Of a stretch of DNA of 64,000 nt, positions 1 to 8,169 are shown one piece after another. This DNA is from Thermodesulfobacteriota bacterium (GTDB taxonomy: Bacteria > Desulfobacterota > Desulfarculia > JACQYL01). The position numbers and the translations under genes are program-made. The stretch is taken from the NCBI GenBank assembly GCA_963675595.2, contig CAXXLZ010000002.1:352001-416000 (forward strand). The letters are read 5' to 3'. The number at the start of each line of letters is the position of its first letter. The first letter of the stretch is position 1. The notes under the pieces were generated by a model, which was given only the letters and a program-made list of their open reading frames with translations, was not told the origin of the DNA and did not search any database.

Positions 1-1039
1 GCCACATCCAGAGAGCCGCGCCCAAGGCCCCCCCCGCATCCCCGGCCGCGGGTTGAGTCCAGACTCGCTCAAACGGTCCTCGAGCGGCGAGCAGTCCCAC
101 GGCTACCACGTTGAGTGCTACGCCGCCCGCCAGAACCAGATCCGACAAACCGGTTTCGCGATGGACCTTTTCCGCCAAGGCAAGAACCAGATCATTGACC
201 ACCGCCTGAATACTTGCGGCGATGTCCATCTCCTTTTGACCGATTCGGGACTCGGGAACCCTGGGAGGACCGCCGAAAAGCCGATGAAACGCTTCATTGG
301 TCATGGTGAGTCCGCGAGTATAATTGAAATACTTCTGGTTGAGAACGAAAGAACCATCCGGTAATTCTCGGATCAGGCGCTTGCGGATGAGGTCCGCGTA
401 GACCGGAGAGCCGTACGGGGCCAGTCCCATCAATTTGTACTCGCCGCTGTTGATCTTGAATCCCGTATAATAGGTGAAGGCCGAGTACAACAATCCCAAG
501 GAATTGGGAAACCGAATTTCCTCCAGCAGCTCGACTTGGTTATCCGTTCCAACACCGTAAGCCGCCGTAGCCCACTCGCCCACGCCGTCCACCGTAAGGA
601 TGGCGGCCCGGGTGAAAGGAGAGGGAAAGAACGCGCTCGCGGCATGCGACAAATGATGACCGCAGGAAACAACACGCTTCTTGATGCCCATTTCCCGCGC
701 GATGGATCGACCCATCCAGAGTTTCCCCGTGAGCCAAGAAGGCATGGCTTTCAAGTAGCTGCGTAATCCACCGGGCACCGTCCAGTGATACATGGTCAGC
801 AGACGTTCGAACTTGAGCAAAGGGCTTTCGTAAAACACCACTTGGTCCAGGTCTCGCTCATGTATACCGGCCCGTTGGAGGCAAAAACCGATGGCGGCGT
901 GCGGGAAGGAAGCGTCCCCTTTGACACGGGTGAAACGTTCCTCCTGGGCCGCGGCGAGGATCTCACCATCACGGACCAAAGCCGCGGCGGAATCGTGGTA
1001 ATACGCGGATATTCCAAGAATGTGTACGGCTTGACTCAC
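1..1039 (-). CDS. Carbamoyltransferase, NodU/CmcH family (partial, 3' end runs off the window)
   Basis: Translated by hand; absent from the ORF track because there is no stop in the window. GTG at 1039 gives ILGISAYYHDSAAALVRDGEILAAAQEERFTRVK...HHLSHAASAFF...TVDGVGEW...SLGLLYSAFTYYTGFKINSGEYKLMGLAPYG...LAGGVALN...QPAAGDAGGALGAA, all in one frame. Confidence 0.93.
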   Translation of the reverse strand, partial: MSQAVHILGISAYYHDSAAALVRDGEILAAAQEERFTRVKGDASFPHAAIGFCLQRAGIHERDLDQVVFYESPLLKFERLLTMYHWTVPGGLRSYLKAMPSWLTGKLWMGRSIAREMGIKKRVVSCGHHLSHAASAFFPSPFTRAAILTVDGVGEWATAAYGVGTDNQVELLEEIRFPNSLGLLYSAFTYYTGFKINSGEYKLMGLAPYGSPVYADLIRKRLIRELPDGSFVLNQKYFNYTRGLTMTNEAFHRLFGGPPRVPESRIGQKEMDIAASIQAVVNDLVLALAEKVHRETGLSDLVLAGGVALNVVAVGLLAARGPFERVWTQPAAGDAGGALGAALWMW

Positions 1040-1373
1040 GTGCTTCGCCTCGGTTCCATGAGTACCCTCTCTTTGTTTTGGACGGCGGTATCGACCGAAT
1101 ATACCAGAAAGGCAAGCAACCGGAAATCGATTGGCGGAAAGCACACCGTGAACCTCCGGCGCCAACCTCTTCCACAAAGCTCGGCTTCAATCGGTTTCGA
1201 TACATCTTGATCCGGACGCCGGTTCCCTCTATGATCTCGGTAATGGGCACCAACCCACTTTTTTTGAGATATTCCTGATTTCTCCACGTACTTCCGGTTG
1301 TTCTCCAATTTCTCTCCAGTCAACGACTCCGGCGCCGAACGGCCGAAGCGGAAGACAGATAAGGACTTTCTCT

Positions 1374-4300
1374 ATGCCCATAACACGGATCACGGTGGTG
1401 GGATGGTCTCCGACCGACCCCCCTGACTTGGGGACCATTCTTGAGGCCCCGGACTGCCTGGTTGAAACCGTGAACGGCTCGTTGGAGCGGATAACCGTTC
1501 GGCTGCGGGAGAGCCCTCCCGAGGTGGTACTGATTCCTCTGGTCGAAGGACGCCTGACTTGGACTTCCGTTGATTTGCGCCGACTCAGACTCGCGGCGGA
1601 CAACGCCGCCTTGTTGATTGCCGGAAATGCCGAAGACCTGGAGGGTATGGATAAGACGGAAACACTTCTTCCGCACGAGCGGTTCCCCCTGCCCTGCCGG
1701 CCGGACGAACGGGACTTCCGTCTTTCGGCTGCGGCTGCACTGACACGGGAAGCCAGAAGGCGAAAGAAGGCGGAGGATACCCTCCAGGTCGTTCTCGAGG
1801 GCTCAAGGGAGGCCGTCTTTCTGCTCGACGAAAATCAGCGTATCGCCTCAGTCAATCGTACGGCGGAGGACATGACCGGCTATTCGGCGGAACGTATCGT
1901 CGGCATGGAAATGGAGGTGCTGCTGCCCGCAGAGGACCGGACGGCCCTCGCTGCGGCGATGCATCCTTCAAAAGGCGTTTTCCAAAAACCCGGGGTGGTT
2001 TCGCTGCTGCGCCGCTACGGGGAGCCGATCCGCGCCGAATTGAGCGCCGGGCGTCTCCGCGCGGAATACTCCCCGCTTACGGTCATCTTCGTCCGCGACC
2101 TAACGGAATACCTTCGCGCCTTGGACCAACTCCGGACAAGCGAGGCGAGCTGTCGCGAGCTCATCGAACGACTTCCGGAAATCATCTTCGAGATCGATCT
2201 CCAGGGCAGGCTTACCTATGCCAACCGCAGGGCCTTCGAGGCTTTCGGCGTGACTCGTTCAATCCTCGACACCGGACTCAACGTATTCTCCTTGCTGGTG
2301 CCGGAGGATCGGGAGCGAGCCGTGCGGGCCTTCCGGCGGGTACTCGAGGGCTTCGACGTGGGGCGCAACGAATATCGCCTCGTCAAACCCGACGGGACTT
2401 CCTTTCCGGGCCTTTTCCACTCCGCCCCCATCACCCGGGACGGAAGGGCCGTAGGCGTCAGCGGCTTCATCATCGACGTTTCGGAGCAAAGAAAAGCCCA
2501 CCAGGCTCTCAAGCAAAGCGAGGCCGTTCTCAACAGCCTCTTTTCCGCGGCTCCCGTGGGTATCGGGCTCGTTTCCGATGGGGTTTTCGTCAAAGCCAAC
2601 GAACGGCTCTGCCGCATGCTCGGTTACTACCCGGAAGAGCTTCTGGGTAAGCCTACAAGAATGCTCTATGCTTCTGAAGAAGAATTCCTCCAGGGGAGCT
2701 GCGACGGGTGCGACACGGTCGCTCCTTGGGGTACCAAGACGGTGGAAACCCGCTGGCGCTGCAAAAACGGAGCGATCATCGACGTCCTCCTGGGATCGAC
2801 GCCCCTGGACTTGGCGGGCATCAGTGGGAGTCTGACCATTTCCGCTCTTGACATCACGGCCCGTAAACAGATGGAGAACGCCCTGAAAGAGGGGGAAGCG
2901 CTGTACCGAACCGTGGTGGAGTCTTCTCATGACGGCATCCTGATTGTGGACGACCGCTGTCTCTTCACTTTTGTGAACGAGGAGCTGTGCCGGATTCTGG
3001 GTTACGAAAGCGAGGAGTTGATCGGAAAGGACTTCAGAGATTTTCTTTCCGAAGATACTTACGATCTCGTGGTGGAACGGTATCTGAAACGACAGGCCGG
3101 TGAACCCGTGCCTCGGAGTTACCAGTTCGGCGTGGTTCGCAGGGATGGAGAAAAGCGGACTCTGCAAACCAGCACGTCCCTGCTAAAGGATGGGACGGGT
3201 AGGGCTCTCACTGTTTCTCAGCTTCTGGACGTAACCGAAAGTCGGCGCATGGAGGAAGAAAAAGCACGCCTCCAAGCACAGCTTCAGCACGCGCAGAAGC
3301 TCGAAGCCATCGGAACCCTCGCCAGCGGTGTCGCTCACGATTTCAACAACATTCTCCAGGCCATCGGCGGCTACACGCAGCTCATGCGATCCCCGACAAC
3401 CGAGCAAACCCAAAATGAATCTCATCTCGCACAAATCGAGAGAAACATCGATCGGGCTGCTGAACTGGTCAGACGTCTGCTCACCTTCAGCCGCAAGGTG
3501 GAACCGGAACTCAAGCCTTTCGAGCTCAACACGGTTGTAGAGCAGGCTTTGAGCATCCTCGAAAGGACCCTGCCCAAGATGATCCGCGTTGAAAGAAACT
3601 TGGGCGATTCGATGGAACCGATTCTCGGAGATTCCGGACAGGTGGAACAGGCGATTCTGAATCTGGGAGCCAACGCCGGCGACGCAATGCCCCAGGGAGG
3701 AACCCTGCATGTGGAAACGTCCATGACGGAATTGGATGAAGCGGATTGCGGCCGATATTTGGGCGCAGTGCCCGGACCTTGCGCACGCTTGGTCATCAGG
3801 GACACGGGGCAGGGAATAAACTCGGACACGCTGAAACACATCTTTGACCCCTTCTTCACCACCAAGGAAGTCGGCAAAGGCACGGGCCTGGGTCTTTCCA
3901 TGGTCTATGGAATCATGAAATCCCACGGCGGCCATGTTTCCTGCGACAGCCGACCGGGGAACGGAACAACTTTCACCCTGCTGTTCCCCGTCTCACCGAT
4001 CAAAGCTCCGGATGCCCGCAAGACCGACATCCCGAAAACGGAAGCCCTAAAGGGCGACGAAAGCGTGCTGATCGTCGACGATGAAACGGACATCCTGGAA
4101 ATCGCCGGAACGATGCTGGAACGGTTCGGTTATCGGGTGCACACTGCGGTCAGCGGCGAAATCGCCTTGGAACTATACAAAGACAAAAAAACGGGGATTC
4201 ATCTTGTGGTTCTGGACCTCGGCATGCCCGGCATGGGCGGATACCGCACTCTGCTTCGGCTCATCGAATCCGATCCCAAAGCCAAGGTGCTGATCGCCAG

Positions 4301-4427
4301 CGGTTATGTCGCCGGCCCACAGGTGGAGGCGTGCCTCCAGGCCGGTGCTGCGGGATTTGTAGCAAAACCCTACAAACTGACCGACATGCTGAAAAAGGTT
4401 CGTGAGGTCCTTGATTCGGCACAATAA
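1374..4427 (+). CDS. Hybrid sensor histidine kinase: degenerate N-terminal receiver, 4 PAS, HisKA, HATPase, C-terminal receiver
   Basis: H-box LASGVAHDFNNIL, N-box QAILNLGANAGDAM, IRDTGQG, FDPFFTTK, GTGLGLS; receiver LIVDDE...LVVLDLGMPG...KPY; four PAS-like segments. Confidence 0.95.
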   Translation: MPITRITVVGWSPTDPPDLGTILEAPDCLVETVNGSLERITVRLRESPPEVVLIPLVEGRLTWTSVDLRRLRLAADNAALLIAGNAEDLEGMDKTETLLPHERFPLPCRPDERDFRLSAAAALTREARRRKKAEDTLQVVLEGSREAVFLLDENQRIASVNRTAEDMTGYSAERIVGMEMEVLLPAEDRTALAAAMHPSKGVFQKPGVVSLLRRYGEPIRAELSAGRLRAEYSPLTVIFVRDLTEYLRALDQLRTSEASCRELIERLPEIIFEIDLQGRLTYANRRAFEAFGVTRSILDTGLNVFSLLVPEDRERAVRAFRRVLEGFDVGRNEYRLVKPDGTSFPGLFHSAPITRDGRAVGVSGFIIDVSEQRKAHQALKQSEAVLNSLFSAAPVGIGLVSDGVFVKANERLCRMLGYYPEELLGKPTRMLYASEEEFLQGSCDGCDTVAPWGTKTVETRWRCKNGAIIDVLLGSTPLDLAGISGSLTISALDITARKQMENALKEGEALYRTVVESSHDGILIVDDRCLFTFVNEELCRILGYESEELIGKDFRDFLSEDTYDLVVERYLKRQAGEPVPRSYQFGVVRRDGEKRTLQTSTSLLKDGTGRALTVSQLLDVTESRRMEEEKARLQAQLQHAQKLEAIGTLASGVAHDFNNILQAIGGYTQLMRSPTTEQTQNESHLAQIERNIDRAAELVRRLLTFSRKVEPELKPFELNTVVEQALSILERTLPKMIRVERNLGDSMEPILGDSGQVEQAILNLGANAGDAMPQGGTLHVETSMTELDEADCGRYLGAVPGPCARLVIRDTGQGINSDTLKHIFDPFFTTKEVGKGTGLGLSMVYGIMKSHGGHVSCDSRPGNGTTFTLLFPVSPIKAPDARKTDIPKTEALKGDESVLIVDDETDILEIAGTMLERFGYRVHTAVSGEIALELYKDKKTGIHLVVLDLGMPGMGGYRTLLRLIESDPKAKVLIASGYVAGPQVEACLQAGAAGFVAKPYKLTDMLKKVREVLDSAQ

Positions 4428-4580
4428 GAGCACCGGAGAAATGGAAGCGGGCCGCATTCAAGGCGCCTCAACGCCCTTCCGTACAGCACCGGATGAACCG
4501 CCGCCTTCGTGCTTGGGTGGGGTCGAGAAGGTGCATCTCCCGAAATGAGATCGGGGAACGCCTCTCAAAAGGGCTCCCCG

Positions 4581-4632
4581 AAAAAAAAGAAATCCCTATC
4601 AAAGCTGGGGGGCGCTCCAGCCTCGGTAGGGA
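4581..4632 (-). terminator. Intrinsic terminator (candidate end of an sRNA)
   Basis: On the minus strand tccctaccgaggctgg pairs with ccagctttgataggga (with G-U pairs) and is followed by tttcttttttt. Confidence 0.55.
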
Positions 4633-4759
4633 GTATCCGGGCGTTAACAGTCTAAATCCCCTTATTCCGCGCAAGAACCACTCGAACAATCACTCTCTCG
4701 CGCCCGGCGAGAACTCCCATAACCGAGAAGTGAGTTTCGTGTCAAGAACTTTTTTTGAA

Positions 4760-4807
4760 GAAAAGGAAAAACACGAAGGCCGGTGAGGGAATCATCCCGC
4801 ACCGGCC
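4760..4807 (-). terminator. Intrinsic terminator of the flavoprotein gene
   Basis: ggccggtg (4778-4785) and caccggcc (4800-4807) form a stem followed on the minus strand by tttttccttttc, 25 nt past the stop at 4833. Confidence 0.65.
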
Positions 4808-4832
4808 CGAAGCACCTGCTATCCGAGGCGAC

Positions 4833-6173
4833 TTAGCTCCAGGGATACGGACTGTGGGAAACGGGAAACAGCTCACCCGTCCGGTACCGTTCGAAACGGA
4901 AAGGAGTCAGCAGTCTCTGGGGTTCACCCGTGATAAGTTTGGCCACCAGCTTGCCGATTCCGATCATTTTGTATCCGTGATTGGAATCGAGAATCATGTA
5001 GCAGTTATCCCTGAAATGATCGAATATCGGGAAGTTGTCGGGGGTGAAGGCGCCGATGCCGCCCGAAGGCTCCTTGCGATACTTCATCCACTGGTCCTCA
5101 TATCGCTTCTGGGCATGAGCAAGCGCCGAGGTCCACATATGGACGAACTTGGGACCCACGATGAAATCGGGGGAATCGATGCCGTAGGGATCCACGGCCA
5201 CCTCTTCTTTGTCCACGATGTACGGAGACGCGCCGCCCTGGATTCCGTTGAAGTTGGTGTCGGGCTTATAATAGATGCCCCACAGCTTCTCGGTGATCAG
5301 AGAGCCGTCCTCACTGGAATACAACGGAGCGTCCGTGTCCAGGTGGATGACGGGAGGCATTTTCCCGTGGATGTCCAGACCGAAGTCGGGCTCCACGCCC
5401 AACGTACCCTCTTCCAGGCACCAGTAGGTCCACATCTTCAGGTCTTTGTGAATATTGCCTTCAAGGTCCTTCACGTCGATCCTGTTGGGAAGTCCCAGAT
5501 AATCCCAGAAGGTCTTGGCCCACGGACCAGGACCCGCGACGACGAAATCGCACTCGATGTCGCCCTTGTCCGTTTTCACCGCTTTGATGGACTTGGAGGA
5601 CGAATCCTCGGTGAATCCGGTCACGTTGACGCCGGTCATGATTCGGACGCCCTCGGCTTCGGCTTTGTCCGCCAGCCGGTAACACGATTTGGCGTTATGA
5701 GCATACCCGCCCTTCTTCTCATGAAGAACGGAGGTGACGTTCTTGGCCTGCCAGTCGTCGAAGACATTCATGCGCATGTAGTTGAGGCATTCTTTCTCGC
5801 CTTCGATGAACACGGAGGTGTAGCCGATGGCTTTCTGCTGCGCATAAATGGTGGACACGTCCGCATGCATGAGTTCGGGAGAAATCTGCATGTAGCCCAC
5901 CGCATGATAGCCGTAGCCTTCCGCGTCTTCTTCCCAAACCTGTACACTGTGAGCCATCACTTCACGCATGGCGGGCTGGAAGTAGTTGTTTCGGACGACG
6001 CCGCACGCGATACCCGAAGCTCCGGCCGCAATACCCGCCTTGTCCAGCAACAGAATGTCCGCCCCGGTTCCTTTTCCCTTGGCCTTGAGCTCTTTCGCGA
6101 GATGCCAAGCGGTGCTGAGACCGTGAATACCGGCCCCGATGATTACGTACTTCGATTTGTTAGGAAGTGCCAT
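4833..6173 (-). CDS. FAD-dependent oxidoreductase, DadA/SoxB family (sarcosine oxidase beta / N-methylglutamate dehydrogenase-like)
   Basis: YVIIGAGIHGLSTAWHLA dinucleotide fold, GASGIACGVVRNNY, VAGPGPW, AFTPDNFPI, HGYKMIGIGKLVA; RBS aggagg. Confidence 0.8.
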   Translation of the reverse strand: MALPNKSKYVIIGAGIHGLSTAWHLAKELKAKGKGTGADILLLDKAGIAAGASGIACGVVRNNYFQPAMREVMAHSVQVWEEDAEGYGYHAVGYMQISPELMHADVSTIYAQQKAIGYTSVFIEGEKECLNYMRMNVFDDWQAKNVTSVLHEKKGGYAHNAKSCYRLADKAEAEGVRIMTGVNVTGFTEDSSSKSIKAVKTDKGDIECDFVVAGPGPWAKTFWDYLGLPNRIDVKDLEGNIHKDLKMWTYWCLEEGTLGVEPDFGLDIHGKMPPVIHLDTDAPLYSSEDGSLITEKLWGIYYKPDTNFNGIQGGASPYIVDKEEVAVDPYGIDSPDFIVGPKFVHMWTSALAHAQKRYEDQWMKYRKEPSGGIGAFTPDNFPIFDHFRDNCYMILDSNHGYKMIGIGKLVAKLITGEPQRLLTPFRFERYRTGELFPVSHSPYPWS

Positions 6174-6397
6174 TGTTTAACCTCCTGGAGTGTTGTATGG
6201 CTCCCCGTTTAATTCCACGCTCCGACCCCGCCGGAACGATCACGACGCGTTCTAGAGGATCACTCGTCTTCGGCATTGCGTATTCAACGCGAAATACACC
6301 CACACCCGGCGGGTTATCCCGTTTTTCCTAAAAGAGCGCGTCGTTTGTCTTCAACGAATCCGGGCCGCACGGCCCTCCGCGCGGTCCGAAACGATTT

Positions 6398-7612
6398 TCA
6401 GTCGATGAATACTTTGCCGATGTTCGCCGTGGTAAGCGGATCCTCAAGGTACATGCCGAGACCGATCCGCTGGATGGACTCGAATCCCCGTTCATCGTAC
6501 TTGGGCATTTCCACTTCGGGGGCGTCCGCTCCTGTGATGGATTCGGCCATCTCAACGGCTTTCTCCAGTTTCGCAATGGAGAAGTCGATCAGGTATCGGA
6601 GAAACGCGAAGGAGTGGGTGACCATGTGGACTCCGTACTTCAGGCACATAGCACGGGCGATCTTGGCGTCCTCAAAAGCTTTTTCCGTGGGATGCTCCTC
6701 GTGGGTCGCACCGATGCTCTGTCGCGACGGCAGGTCCGTCATGCGGTTGAGGTGACTCATCAGGATGTTCACCAGGAAGTGGCTCTTCAATCCGTAATTG
6801 GGGTTATACTCGATTCTGGGGTCCGCAATGGTGGGAAAACCCGCATGGATGCAGGTTACCCCGGGATTGAGCAACTGGGCGGCGGTGATGCCGAAGAGCA
6901 CTTCCGCCTGCGTCATGGCCAACACGCCGCTGTAGCAGTAGGGAGCACTGATTCCGGCCATGGGCATGGCGGAGATGAACACCGGCAAGCCCGCCTTCAC
7001 CACCTTGACAAAGTGCTCGGAAAAATTCTCACTGACCTCAAGAGGCGGCCTGGTGAGACAGAAAACGATCATGATGTCTTTGCGGCGAGAATAGATTTCC
7101 TGCGCCTTTTCCAGCGACCGGTCCGACGTCACGGCGAAGTATAGCGGTTTCGAGCAGTTTTCATCCATGATGGTCATCTGCTCGACTTCGTCTTTGAGCT
7201 TCACTCCTCGCCCGGTACCGCCCACGGCGGGGCTCTTCTCCGCGATTTGCATGATGGTGCGCACGTGTTCCGGGGTCGGCATGATGCCGCCTACGCCCTT
7301 CGCGTCGTCATAGATATAGGGAGCGGTCCCACCTATCAGAAAACTGTTGAGGGGGACAAAAAAATCGTCGATTCCCGGCGTGGTTTCCAGAGCTCGGTTG
7401 ACCAGATCGCGGGTTACGAAGACTCGGTTTTCATAAATTACGGCCAGTCCCTCTTCCTCATACTTTCGGAAGGCTTCCAGCATGTTCGGTTCGCGGCAAC
7501 CCACACCCAAATTCTCGAGCATCCACAAAGCATCTTCATGGACTCTCAGAAGCATGTCCACCGCGTCATCGCCAATTAACGATCTTGACTCCGCAACCCG
7601 TTTCTCGTTCAC
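6398..7612 (-). CDS. mttB: Trimethylamine methyltransferase (MttB) superfamily protein, non-pyrrolysine, short (404 aa)
   Basis: RVHEDALWMLENLGVG...LVNRALETTP N-terminus; AMPMAGISAP...GVLAMTQAEVLFGITAAQLLNPG core typical of MttB/MtgB; GTG start with gggagagagg RBS. Confidence 0.8.
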   Translation of the reverse strand: MNEKRVAESRSLIGDDAVDMLLRVHEDALWMLENLGVGCREPNMLEAFRKYEEEGLAVIYENRVFVTRDLVNRALETTPGIDDFFVPLNSFLIGGTAPYIYDDAKGVGGIMPTPEHVRTIMQIAEKSPAVGGTGRGVKLKDEVEQMTIMDENCSKPLYFAVTSDRSLEKAQEIYSRRKDIMIVFCLTRPPLEVSENFSEHFVKVVKAGLPVFISAMPMAGISAPYCYSGVLAMTQAEVLFGITAAQLLNPGVTCIHAGFPTIADPRIEYNPNYGLKSHFLVNILMSHLNRMTDLPSRQSIGATHEEHPTEKAFEDAKIARAMCLKYGVHMVTHSFAFLRYLIDFSIAKLEKAVEMAESITGADAPEVEMPKYDERGFESIQRIGLGMYLEDPLTTANIGKVFID

Positions 7613-7805
7613 AACCTCTCTCCCGAACTAGGCTTAAGACGGAGGCCTCAGCCCCCAACATAGTTACGCCTGTCAAAAAGCCCGCCCCCTCATTCTTCTT
7701 CCGGGAAATCCGTACCGGAAACCTCCGAGGTAAGGTCCCATGGCTTTCCAACAGGCTCTCGATTCCGTTCTTTGTGCAAGAACCTTTAACTGATTATGGG
7801 GTTCT

Positions 7806-7834
7806 TTTATAACAACGGAAGACTTTCCTGTCAA
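7806..7834 (-). promoter_or_regulatory. Sigma70-type promoter for the mttB-flavoprotein transcript
   Basis: Minus strand TTGACA (7834-7829), 17 nt, TATAAA (7811-7806). Confidence 0.65.
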
Positions 7835-7854
7835 TAAAAAATTTTCACCGTGGA

Positions 7855-7872
7855 TAAATGATTGGTCATTTA
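7855..7872. promoter_or_regulatory. Palindromic operator candidate
   Basis: Perfect 7-4-7 inverted repeat TAAATGA-ttgg-TCATTTA in the AT-rich divergent promoter region. Confidence 0.5.
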
Positions 7873-8169
7873 GGGTCTGGAAACTCCATACGGATCATGC
7901 TATGAGTTCCTCTTGGATTTTTCGTTCTTATGAAGGAGTGTCGGAGATCTTGATGATCTCCGTAACAAGCGAATTTCTCCGCATGGTCGGTGGGCGATTC
8001 CGTTCGCCGTGGAAGTCTGAAACGGGGGTTTCATCGGAGATTTCCCGGAGGGTGGAGGATCGAAACGAACGACCGTGCGGAAGAGTCTTGTTTAATTAGA
8101 TTGGTGAAAATTTAAGAAGGAGTCAAGTAGAGCATGGAGCAACAGGCAACAGACAAAGGGGAGGAAGAC

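Noticed and set aside
200-280. Suspected frameshift in the carbamoyltransferase
   Set aside because: Codon-by-codon reading gives RVPESRIGQKEMDIAASIQA in a single frame.
1036-1323. 95-aa minus-strand ORF whose stop overlaps the carbamoyltransferase start
   Set aside because: TTG start, no clear RBS or motif, and it occupies the divergent promoter region.
6398-7612. Pyrrolysine (TAG) recoding in mttB
   Set aside because: No in-frame amber codon, and no pyl genes or tRNA-Pyl in the window.
7690-7790. c-di-GMP-I (GEMM) riboswitch in the mttB leader (GGAAAGCCATGGGACC resembles part of the motif)
   Set aside because: The rest of the conserved GEMM pattern (tetraloop stem and GACAGCCGGG.TGCC 3' part) could not be found.
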